From: an uncultured Verrucomicrobiae bacterium
GTDB lineage: Bacteria; Verrucomicrobiota; Verrucomicrobiia; Limisphaerales; Palsa-1400
Length of the DNA: 64,000 bases
Direction of reading: 5' to 3'
NCBI GenBank assembly: GCA_963764165.1
Contig: CAVXRD010000001.1
Location: 1,248,001 to 1,312,000, forward strand
Both the position numbers and the translations under genes were made by a program. Positions 55,836-64,000 of this stretch are shown piece after piece; position 1 is the first letter of the stretch; every line of letters starts with the position of its first letter. The notes beneath the pieces were generated by a model. That model was not told the origin of the DNA and did no database searches. It saw only the letters and a list, made by a program, of their open reading frames with translations.

Positions 55836-57267
55836 TTTTGTGTGAGTTTGAATTTTGGGGGTTGCCGGCCAGAGGAACTTCAACCTTAAATCGGCTGCCT
55901 TGGCCTTCGTTGCTTTCGACCTTTATGGTCCCGCCGTAGGCGCTGCAAATGGATTTCGCGATGGAAAGCCCCAATCCGGCCCCTCCCAGTTCGCGGGACC
56001 GCGCTTCATCAACTCGGAAAAAACGTTCGAACAACCGCGGTTGAGCTTCCTTCGGAATGCCAATACCAGTGTCTCCCACTTCCATGACAGCCCGACTGTC
56101 AAGCGCCGCAACTGAAATGCTCACCTTGCCGCCGGTGGGCGTGTATTTGATCGCGTTATCAAGGAGATTGACAACAACCTGCTTGAAACGAGCCCGGTCT
56201 CCTTCAACCACAACCGCCGATGGTGTTGCCGCTTGAATCTCAATGCCTTTATCGACCGCCAGCGGTTCCAGTTGCCCGGCGGTGCTCGAGGCCAATTCAG
56301 CCAAATCGAATGGGGCCCACTTTTTTTCTCCATCACCAGAATCGAGGCGCGAAATGGCGAACAAGCCCTCAACAATCCGCCGAAGCCGTTCCGCCTCTTC
56401 AAGAATGCTGGACAATGTTTGCAACGATTCTTGTGACAGGGACCTATCTTGAACCATCGCCTCCAACTCTCCTGTGATGAGCGTGAGAGGAGTGCGCAGT
56501 TCGTGCGAAGCATCCTCAATAAATCGTTGGTTGTGCCGCACGGCATCCTCCAACCGCGCAATCATATTGTTCAGTGAGACCGAAAGGCGCTCAAGTTCAT
56601 CACCGGTCTTGGCGATAGGAAGGCGGTCGCTCAGATTCTGGAGGCTGATTCGCTCGGCGCTTTTTGAAATTTGATCAACGGGAGCCAGCGCATTTTGGAC
56701 TAAAACATACCCGCCGACGATCGAAACTACGACCATGACTGCCAACCCGGAGACCAGGAGAATGACAAAATGATGCAGGATAAGTTGGGCCGACTGGAGC
56801 GGAACGCCAACTTCCACGAGGAAATGTTTGCCTGATGCTGATTGGCACGGAACCGCTGCGACCACGATACCTCTGCCGTCTGCCAAATATTCGGGCTTCC
56901 AAGTCACCTGCGTGACAGGCTGGGGGAAGGCGGGAATCTCTGCGGCTTTGAAACTCATATCGCGAGGGTCACGCGATACGTAAAGCACGCTTGCGTCGCC
57001 GCGAGTGATGCGCACAAAGCGGTTATTCACCTCGGGCGTCACCCATGAATTGATCTCTTCCACCACATGCGCCTCGCCCGTTTTATCAACGTTGGCCAGC
57101 AGCGTTTCCGCCATCTGTTGCGCCCGCTGAACCTGCGTCAGCCCAAGATTCCGCACGAGGTAGGCCTGAAGCCCGGCGTAGATCAAAGCACCGAGCAAAA
57201 CGTAGGAGGCGAACAACAGCCCCGCATACCAAACCACCAATCGAAACCGTATCGAGTGGAGTGTCAT
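55825..57267 (-). CDS. HAMP sensor histidine kinase, CusS/CzcS-like
   Basis: DASHELRTPL, NLLDNAIKY, DTGIGI, GAGLGLSI. Confidence 0.9.
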   Translation of the reverse strand: MTLHSIRFRLVVWYAGLLFASYVLLGALIYAGLQAYLVRNLGLTQVQRAQQMAETLLANVDKTGEAHVVEEINSWVTPEVNNRFVRITRGDASVLYVSRDPRDMSFKAAEIPAFPQPVTQVTWKPEYLADGRGIVVAAVPCQSASGKHFLVEVGVPLQSAQLILHHFVILLVSGLAVMVVVSIVGGYVLVQNALAPVDQISKSAERISLQNLSDRLPIAKTGDELERLSVSLNNMIARLEDAVRHNQRFIEDASHELRTPLTLITGELEAMVQDRSLSQESLQTLSSILEEAERLRRIVEGLFAISRLDSGDGEKKWAPFDLAELASSTAGQLEPLAVDKGIEIQAATPSAVVVEGDRARFKQVVVNLLDNAIKYTPTGGKVSISVAALDSRAVMEVGDTGIGIPKEAQPRLFERFFRVDEARSRELGGAGLGLSIAKSICSAYGGTIKVESNEGQGSRFKVEVPLAGNPQNSNSHKNGK

Positions 57268-57944
57268 GATGGTGTCCCCACTTCCACCGAATATCCAAAA
57301 CCACGAATTGTATGAATCAGCCGCTTCGAATAGCCGGTGTCCATTTTGGCCCGCAGGTTGGCAATGTGGACGTCCACAATTTTCGTGAGCCCCTCAAAGC
57401 TTGCATCCCAGACGTGATCGATGATTACTCTTCGCGACATAACCCGTCCAGGGTTCGTCACCAGGAATTCCAGCAAAATATATTCTTTGACAGTGAGGTC
57501 GATTTTCTTGCCGGCCCTCTTGACCTTCCGATTCAATCGGTCAATTTCCAGATCGTCGACTTTTAGGATGTTTGAGCGTTCCGCGCCTCCACGGCGAAGC
57601 AGGGCTTTGATTCGAACCAGGAGTTCCGCAAAGGCAAACGGTTTGGTAAGGTAATCGTCAGCGCCTGATTCGAAGTTAAGAACTTTTTCCGCCGTGCTGT
57701 CCTTGGCCGTCAACACGAGCACAGGGACTTTGGAACCGCCCTTTCGGATGAGTTTCAGCAATTCCGTTCCACCCAATTTCGGCAACATCAAATCGAGCAC
57801 GATGAGATCGTATTCGCTTACGGAAATCATTCCCCAGGCGGAGTCCCCATCGTGGCAAATATCGACGGCATAGAGTTCGTCGCGCAGTCCTCGCGCAACA
57901 AATTCAGCCAGCTTTTTTTCGTCTTCGACAAGCAAAAGGCGCAT
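57264..57944 (-). CDS. OmpR-family response regulator, CusR/CzcR-like
   Basis: MRLLLVEDE, GADDYLTKPFAFAELL, IHTIRGFGY. Confidence 0.92.
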   Translation of the reverse strand: MRLLLVEDEKKLAEFVARGLRDELYAVDICHDGDSAWGMISVSEYDLIVLDLMLPKLGGTELLKLIRKGGSKVPVLVLTAKDSTAEKVLNFESGADDYLTKPFAFAELLVRIKALLRRGGAERSNILKVDDLEIDRLNRKVKRAGKKIDLTVKEYILLEFLVTNPGRVMSRRVIIDHVWDASFEGLTKIVDVHIANLRAKMDTGYSKRLIHTIRGFGYSVEVGTPS

Positions 57945-58325
57945 ATAATGCCAAATTACGCCATGAGTAGACGGGCGATAAATAAAGTTTTGGCCAAGAG
58001 AACATTAAGTTTTCTTTACCATTCTCAGGCGTTGCTCGACTGTCCTGGAAAATGAAAAGAGGGATCGATGACCCTCCTGCCCTGGCCTAATGTGACCGTC
58101 GCCGCGATGCGCCGACAAAGGGTCAAGCTCAACCGGGCTCTCGCGCCGGAAAGAAATGCTGCACGGTGCTTCCGTAGTGTTGCACCCTGCCACAATTCCG
58201 ATACAAGATTGAAACACTCGCCGCGCCGCGCCGAACTCGCGGAAGAATCCATTCAGCCCCCGGAGATCAAAGAGTTTGTGGGTTCGGTTTCTATAAATAT
58301 TCCCCGCCGCTGGCGCTGCCGGAGC

Positions 58326-58364
58326 AAAAAAAATCCCATCGAGCGTGGATGCGCTCGATGGGAT
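58326..58364 (-). terminator. Intrinsic terminator after rplI
   Basis: atcccatcgagcg and cgctcgatgggat stem followed by T8 on the minus strand. Confidence 0.85.
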
Positions 58365-58378
58365 GAACTCTTTGAAAA

Positions 58379-59023
58379 TTATTCGCCTTTCTTGGCTTTC
58401 TTTTTCTCGGACTTGGCTGGCTTTTCGGACTCAGGAACAGCGGCGGTTTCTTCTTTGACGCGTTCAGCGCGCTTGTGGCCGCGGGATTCGGTCTTGGCGG
58501 ATTCGCGGTCGCCACGGTCGCGGTCCCGGCCTTCGCCGGTCGCAGGAGCCTCCGGCGCGGCCACCGGAGTGGTGCTTTCGATGCGGAGCTTCAATTTCGC
58601 GGGCACATCGGCGTGCAATCGGAGTTCGATTTCGTGCTCGCCCAGAGTCTTGATCGGATGCTCCAAATGGATTTTGCGCTTGTCGAGGGCGATGTCGAAC
58701 TGCGTCTTCAACTGGTCGGCGATCATTCCCGCCGTGACGGCGCCGAACATCTTGCCGTCGTCGCCGGTCTTGACCGCCAAGACAGCGATCAGCTTGGAGA
58801 TGCTCTTGGAAAGTTCGCTCATCGTGTTGAACTCATGCGCTTCGCGTTCGGCGCGGCGCTTCTTGAGAGCTTCGACGCGGCGCTTGTTGCCGTCGGAAAC
58901 GGGGATGGCCAATTGCTGCGGGATAAGATAATTGCGGGCATAGCCAGCGGAAACCTTCACGAGATCCGACTCGCCGCCAAGGCCCACGATGTTTTGAATC
59001 AAAATAACTTCTGTTTTTGGCAT
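58379..59023 (-). CDS. rplI: 50S ribosomal protein L9 with C-terminal extension
   Basis: VKVSAGYARNYLIP, KMFGAVT, PIKTLGEH. Confidence 0.95.
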   Translation of the reverse strand: MPKTEVILIQNIVGLGGESDLVKVSAGYARNYLIPQQLAIPVSDGNKRRVEALKKRRAEREAHEFNTMSELSKSISKLIAVLAVKTGDDGKMFGAVTAGMIADQLKTQFDIALDKRKIHLEHPIKTLGEHEIELRLHADVPAKLKLRIESTTPVAAPEAPATGEGRDRDRGDRESAKTESRGHKRAERVKEETAAVPESEKPAKSEKKKAKKGE

Positions 59024-59037
59024 AAATTTTTTCTTTC

Positions 59038-59502
59038 TTAAAATGGAACGTCGTCTTCTTCCGGCGGCGGACCGTCTCCGCTGTCGGGAGGTTCAGGCGC
59101 TTTGGGAGCCGCCGGGCTCGGGGCGCGGCGCGGCGCCGCTGATTCACCCGAGCCGCCACCACCTTCGCCGGGACTGCCGAGGAATTGGACGGTTTCAGCC
59201 ACCACTCCCAATTTGCTTCGCTTTTGGCCGGTTTGCTTGTCGTCCCATTGATCGAGACGAAGGCGGCCTTCTATTAAAATGGGACGGCCCTTGCGCATGT
59301 ATTGGGCGACGTTTTCAGCCGTGCGGCCGAAAATATCCACATCCACAAAGGTGACCTCTTCCTTTTTCTCGCCGGATTCGCTTGTCCAGACGCGGTTCAC
59401 CGCCAGGCCAATTTTCGCAATGGCCGTGCCCTTCGGCGTATAGCGCAACTCGGGGTCGCGCGTCAAATTGCCGACGAGAATGACTTTGTTGAAACTTGCC
59501 AT
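59038..59502 (-). CDS. ssb: Single-stranded DNA-binding protein
   Basis: NKVILVGNLTRDPELRY; C-terminal DDVPF. Confidence 0.97.
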   Translation of the reverse strand: MASFNKVILVGNLTRDPELRYTPKGTAIAKIGLAVNRVWTSESGEKKEEVTFVDVDIFGRTAENVAQYMRKGRPILIEGRLRLDQWDDKQTGQKRSKLGVVAETVQFLGSPGEGGGGSGESAAPRRAPSPAAPKAPEPPDSGDGPPPEEDDVPF

Positions 59503-59529
59503 GGCGCAGCCGGTTGAACTCCAGATTCG

Positions 59530-59838
59530 TTACGCTGCGACAGCTTTGGGAGCGGGCGCAAGCGTGAACAGAATGCGGAAAATATCTTCGTTATTGGTGA
59601 AGCGCGTGCGCAAGGTCGAAAGCACAGTGGGCCCTCCTTCAAACACGAAATTGACGTAATAACCCGAGCTGTGCTTGCGGTCGGCCACGCGCGAAAACGG
59701 CTTCTTTTCCATTTTCTGCACGGTCTCGACTTTGCCGCCGGCAGTCGAGATTTCGGCGGAGATTTTGTCGATCAATTCCTTGATCGTCTCTTCCTTGCCC
59801 GCGCTATTCAAAATAAACAAACCTTCGTAACGTTTCAC
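59530..59838 (-). CDS. rpsF: 30S ribosomal protein S6
   Basis: MKRYEGLFIL, GYYVNFVF; position before ssb. Confidence 0.92.
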   Translation of the reverse strand: MKRYEGLFILNSAGKEETIKELIDKISAEISTAGGKVETVQKMEKKPFSRVADRKHSSGYYVNFVFEGGPTVLSTLRTRFTNNEDIFRILFTLAPAPKAVAA

Positions 59839-60443
59839 TATTTTCCTTTTTCTGCGGGAGCCGTCGCGGCTCCGTTAAATTTATTCATCGCCATGCTGAT
59901 TCCATCGCTCAACCAGCATTCCACTTGCCGGACGGCGCGATCCAAAACTTCTTCCATCAATTTCCATTCCGCAGCGTCGAACCGCCCCAGAACGTGGCCC
60001 GAAATTTCCCGCTGCTCGGGCGTCTTTCGGCCAATTCCAATCCGCAACCGCGGATACCCTCGCGTTCCCAATTGCTGCTCGACGGAATCCAATCCATGAT
60101 GCCCGCCGCTGCTGCCATCGGGCCTTATTCGCAATTGCCCGGTCGGCAAATCCGCGTCGTCCACTGCAATCAGCACCCTAAGCGGCGGCACTTGATAAAA
60201 CCGCGCCACGGCTCCGACTGCGTCGCCGCTGGCGTTCATGAACGTCTGCGGCTGCCCTAAAATCAATTTCCGGCCGTCGCGTTCCACTTTGGCCAGCCGG
60301 GCTTGAAATTTCTTTTCCAAAACCCAGGCGGCTCCCCATCGCGCCGCCAATCGTTCCACCAGCACAAACCCAATATTGTGGCGGGTGGCGGCGTAATCGG
60401 GACCAGGATTGCCCAGTCCCGCGATGAAATATTGGTTCTCCAA
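59838..60443 (-). CDS. pth: Peptidyl-tRNA hydrolase
   Basis: GLGNPG, TRHNIGF, QTFMNASG, GGHHGL, RLRIGIG. Confidence 0.96.
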   Translation of the reverse strand: MENQYFIAGLGNPGPDYAATRHNIGFVLVERLAARWGAAWVLEKKFQARLAKVERDGRKLILGQPQTFMNASGDAVGAVARFYQVPPLRVLIAVDDADLPTGQLRIRPDGSSGGHHGLDSVEQQLGTRGYPRLRIGIGRKTPEQREISGHVLGRFDAAEWKLMEEVLDRAVRQVECWLSDGISMAMNKFNGAATAPAEKGK

Positions 60444-60446
60444 CGA

Positions 60447-61238
60447 TTACTTCTTCTTGGGGGCGGCAGCAGCCGGAGCGGCGGCAGCACCCTTTGCAGG
60501 GGCAGCGGCGCCTTTGGCGGGAGCGGCAGCGCCCTTGGCAGCCGGCGCCGCCTTGTCGCCAGCCTTGGCCGGAGCGGCGCCTTCCGCGCCTTCTTCCTTC
60601 TTCTCCTTGGTCATCTCGACTTCGCCAGCAGGCGTGCCGGCCTTTTCCAAAGAGGCGGCTTCCGCAGCTTCGCTGACCGGCGCGGCGCAGGAAAGAACAG
60701 AAATATGCTTGTCGCCCATGATCTCAACTCCCGGAGGAGCCACCATGTCGCCAATGTGAATGGCCTGGCCGATTTCCAACTTCGTGACATCGGCATGCAA
60801 CACTTCCGGCAAATCCTTCGGCAACGCGCGCACTTTCAGCTTGAACAAAACGTGTTCCAGCGTGCCGCCCCCAGTCTTGACGCCTGCCGCCTCACCCACG
60901 GGTTCAACCGGGACGCTTACGGTGACTTTTTCGTCCTCGGCCACTTCATGCAAATCGATGTGCAGAAGTTTGCGGGACAAAACGTGGTGCTGGACTTCCT
61001 GCACCAGCGCGAGGCGTTTCGGCTTGGTGTCGCCCTCAACATTGAGGTCGAGCAGCACGATTTCCGACGCCGCGCCATGGATGACGTCTTTGATCGCCTT
61101 GAGGTCGATCTCCAAATTCTGGGGTTTGGTGTGCCGGCCGTAAATGACGGCTGGGACCCGGGCGGCGGCGCGCAATTTCTTTGCGCCACAGCGCCGATTC
61201 AATGTCCGCGGAAACGCGGTTAAAGCGACAGATTTCAT
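60447..61238 (-). CDS. rplY: 50S ribosomal protein L25/Ctc with Ala/Lys-rich tail
   Basis: VPAVIYG, HIDL, GVKTGGG, ALPKDLPE. Confidence 0.95.
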   Translation of the reverse strand: MKSVALTAFPRTLNRRCGAKKLRAAARVPAVIYGRHTKPQNLEIDLKAIKDVIHGAASEIVLLDLNVEGDTKPKRLALVQEVQHHVLSRKLLHIDLHEVAEDEKVTVSVPVEPVGEAAGVKTGGGTLEHVLFKLKVRALPKDLPEVLHADVTKLEIGQAIHIGDMVAPPGVEIMGDKHISVLSCAAPVSEAAEAASLEKAGTPAGEVEMTKEKKEEGAEGAAPAKAGDKAAPAAKGAAAPAKGAAAPAKGAAAAPAAAAPKKK

Positions 61239-61297
61239 CTTTTATACCTTTTTACTTATGGCGTTATATGCCAAATCTCACCGAGACGCCAGCTTTA

Positions 61298-62242
61298 CTA
61301 ACTGGTGCGCCCGCCTTTGAACTCAAAGAGCGAGGTCACCGACGAATTGCAATTAATTCGCTTAATTGCCTCCCCCAACAACGGGGCCACCGACAATGTC
61401 GTGATTTTCACCCCTTCTATAAAGGGGCGTAGGACAGTATCAGTAGTTATAATTTCGTCAATATCTGATTTTCGCAGTCTCTGGATGCCAAGGTCGTTGA
61501 GCAAAGCATGGGAGACGACCGCAATGATTTTTTGGGCGCCTCTTTCCTTCAAAAGCGCGGCTGCATTGACCAACGTTCCGGCCGTCTCCGTCAGGTCATC
61601 GACCATCAAAACATTCTTGCCTTTGATCTCGCCGATGACCGCCATCGCTTCGGTCTCGGTGGCGCTCTTGCGGCGTTTGGCCACGATGGCCAATTCGGCC
61701 TCAAGCACCTGCGAATAGGCGTGCGCCATTTTCAATCCACCCACATCCGGGCTGACAACAGCCAGATCGCCCAGCTTCAATTTCTTGAGATATTCATACA
61801 TCACCGGCGCGGCGTATAAGTGATCGACGGGGATGTCAAAAAAGCCCTGGATTTGCTGGGCGTGCAAATCCATTGTCAAAATGCGATTCGCTCCCGCAGC
61901 CACGATGAGATTGGCCACCAGCTTAGCCGTAATTGGCACGCGCGGCTGGTCTTTTCGGTCCTGCCGGGCATAACCGTAAAATGGAAGCACCGCGGTAAGC
62001 CGCATCGCGCTGGCCCGCCGCACTGCATCCATCATGATGAACAGTTCCATCAGATTGTGATTGGTGGGCGGCGAGGTGGACTGAACTATATAGACGTCCT
62101 CCCCGCGAACGTTCTCCTCGATTTTGACAAACGTCTCGCCGTCGGGAAAGGACGAGACCGTGCATTTGCCAAGTTCCATGCCGATGGACTCGGCGATGCT
62201 CTTGGCCAGCGCGGGATTGGAAGTGCCGGAAAAAATCTTCAC
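61298..62242 (-). CDS. prs: Ribose-phosphate pyrophosphokinase
   Basis: FPDGET, YGYARQDRK, DLHAQQIQGFF, VSPDVGG, DDLTETAGT. Confidence 0.97.
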   Translation of the reverse strand: MKIFSGTSNPALAKSIAESIGMELGKCTVSSFPDGETFVKIEENVRGEDVYIVQSTSPPTNHNLMELFIMMDAVRRASAMRLTAVLPFYGYARQDRKDQPRVPITAKLVANLIVAAGANRILTMDLHAQQIQGFFDIPVDHLYAAPVMYEYLKKLKLGDLAVVSPDVGGLKMAHAYSQVLEAELAIVAKRRKSATETEAMAVIGEIKGKNVLMVDDLTETAGTLVNAAALLKERGAQKIIAVVSHALLNDLGIQRLRKSDIDEIITTDTVLRPFIEGVKITTLSVAPLLGEAIKRINCNSSVTSLFEFKGGRTS

Positions 62243-62428
62243 AAAATGTCAATCAATGAGACGAAAAAGCCACCCGAAGGCGGCTCTGCGTGTGGCAGAA
62301 CTGTAACAACGGCGCGTCGGGGCGCAAGAACTATTAAATAGCAAGTTTCGCCAGCCATATAACAAAAAACGCCCGAAAGCACAAAGTGCTTTCATTGCGG
62401 CTCACGCTCTGATACTGGATTGGCAAAG

Positions 62429-63385
62429 ATGCGTAGATTCATCCTTTCGTTCATTTGCGGCTTCGTCGTGGCCACATCGGCTGCGATGGCGGGAACCTTT
62501 CCATTGACAGACGGCTCCAAGATCAGCGGCAGCCCCGATTCGATCCAGGATAAAGGCGTTGTGTTCCAACTGGACGGCGGCGATCTCTCCCCCCGGATAA
62601 GCTGGGATCGTTTCACCGGCGATGCATTGAAGGAACTAATGGCCGAGGCCAAAACCGAAGCGCAACGCGAAATGCTCCGCCCCATGATCGAAAGCCTGCC
62701 GGAGGAAGTTGCCAAGCGCAAAGAAATCTCCGTCAAACCCGTCGAGACGCCGCCCCGCCCGAAACAAGCCACCGGCATCTTTGGGCTGTTCGGAAGCCCG
62801 GTCGGGTGGTTTATAATGATCGTTCTTTACGGGGCGAATTTGTTCGCCGCCTACGAAGTTTGCATTTATCGCCGCCAGCCCCTTGGGTTGGTCATGGGAC
62901 TCGCCGCCATTCCGTTTCTTGGCGTGGTCAGCCCCATTGTTTTCGGTGCGATGAAGACGCAGCGTCCTCCTCCCGAGCCGGTGGTGGTGGCTCCCACGGC
63001 GGAGGAAGCCGCCGCCCAGGCTGAGGCGCAGGCCGCCGCCATCGAGGAAGCCAAAGTGGCCGAAGCCGCCGCGCAAGCTGCCGCCGCGCCCAGCAAACCC
63101 GTCCTGCCGGAGCCCATTGTTTACAAGCGCGGCGAAACTTCCTTCAATCGCCGTTTCTTCGAGGGGAAGTTCGCGGGTTTCTTCCGCGTCGTGCCAAGCG
63201 AGTCGGAAAAAGATTTAGTGCTGGCGATTGCCACGGCACGTGGTAATTTCGTCGGACGCCGAATTTCAAAGATCACGCAAACCGAGCTTTATTTGCAGGT
63301 CACTGTCAACAATGCGAGCTCGGAGGAAATGATTCCGTTTACGGAAATTTCCGAGGTCCAGGTTCGGCACAAAGACCTTAAGTAA
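62429..63385 (+). CDS. Hypothetical membrane protein with signal peptide and two TM helices
   Basis: Signal ending AMA; TM segments followed by a Pro/Ala linker. Confidence 0.7.
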   Translation: MRRFILSFICGFVVATSAAMAGTFPLTDGSKISGSPDSIQDKGVVFQLDGGDLSPRISWDRFTGDALKELMAEAKTEAQREMLRPMIESLPEEVAKRKEISVKPVETPPRPKQATGIFGLFGSPVGWFIMIVLYGANLFAAYEVCIYRRQPLGLVMGLAAIPFLGVVSPIVFGAMKTQRPPPEPVVVAPTAEEAAAQAEAQAAAIEEAKVAEAAAQAAAAPSKPVLPEPIVYKRGETSFNRRFFEGKFAGFFRVVPSESEKDLVLAIATARGNFVGRRISKITQTELYLQVTVNNASSEEMIPFTEISEVQVRHKDLK

Positions 63386-63479
63386 ACATCGTGATGTCCA
63401 GGCTTAAACAGGAGTCCATCCTGTGCGCCATCGCCGCCTGCCGGCGTTGCGCGCGCGTTGTCTCCACCACCGGTAACCA

Positions 63480-64000
63480 ATGAAAATTCGCACTGTCCTT
63501 TTATTCGGCGCACCTGGTTCCGGCAAGGGAACGCAGGGCAAAATCCTTGGCAGCATTCCAAACTTTTACCACTTTTCGTGCGGGGAAGTTTTCCGCAACC
63601 TGACGCCGGATTCGGCGCTGGGCCGGATTTTTATCGATTACTCCAGCCGCGGCCAATTGGTCCCGGCCGAGCCTACCGTCCGGCTCTGGCACAACAATAT
63701 TGAATCCGCAGAGCAAGCCGGGCGCTTCAATCGCAAGACCGACACGCTCGTGCTGGATGGGATTCCGCGCAACATCGAGCAGGCGAAAATGCTGCACAGC
63801 CTCGTGAATGTGCATCACATTTTCTACCTGCGCTGCATGGACATGAAAAAGCTGGTGGCCCGCCTGCAGCGGCGCGCCTTGCGCGAAAATCGTCTTGACG
63901 ACGCCAACATCCAGGTGATCCGCGAGCGGCTCGAGACTTACGAGCGCGAAACGCATCCGGTGCTGGAGTATTACGGGCCGAAATTGGTGCGCACGATCGA
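63480..64000 (+). CDS. adk: Adenylate kinase family protein (runs off window)
   Basis: MKIRTVLLFGAPGSGKGTQG, GQLVP, LDGIPR, RLDD. Confidence 0.88.
   Translation, partial: MKIRTVLLFGAPGSGKGTQGKILGSIPNFYHFSCGEVFRNLTPDSALGRIFIDYSSRGQLVPAEPTVRLWHNNIESAEQAGRFNRKTDTLVLDGIPRNIEQAKMLHSLVNVHHIFYLRCMDMKKLVARLQRRALRENRLDDANIQVIRERLETYERETHPVLEYYGPKLVRTI

Noticed and set aside
62243..62420. tRNA upstream of prs
   Set aside because: No cloverleaf or T-loop consensus; only a small hairpin near 62268-62285

Overview
Bacterial chromosomal window, probably Verrucomicrobiota (Pedosphaera-like). The evidence is inferred: prepilin with a late H...DG motif, secreted proteins ending in a QSSTNL-xxW...FYR tail, and the gene order rpsF-ssb-rplI. 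Core genes are glnB, dnaA with DnaA boxes, smug1, a KamA-family enzyme, copA, ubiE, ychF, prs-rplY-pth-rpsF-ssb-rplI and adk. Accessory genes include an RND efflux operon with a two-component pair, other signalling proteins and large secreted proteins. The standout is a ~14.6 kb single-strand, structural-only phage-derived operon (9311-23945) about 6 kb from dnaA. It has a Mu-like head module plus neck and tail genes, but no recognisable terminase, tape measure, integrase/transposase, replication or lysis genes. Two of its proteins carry signal peptides. Its upstream ~50-bp palindrome-containing element recurs, inverted, at 701-755. It is a candidate domesticated GTA-like or phage-particle system. 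The window also holds a triple-nested MITE/REP/IS1182-MITE structure, a matching IS1182 remnant and a candidate structured sRNA. All family assignments come from motif recognition by eye, not from database searches.
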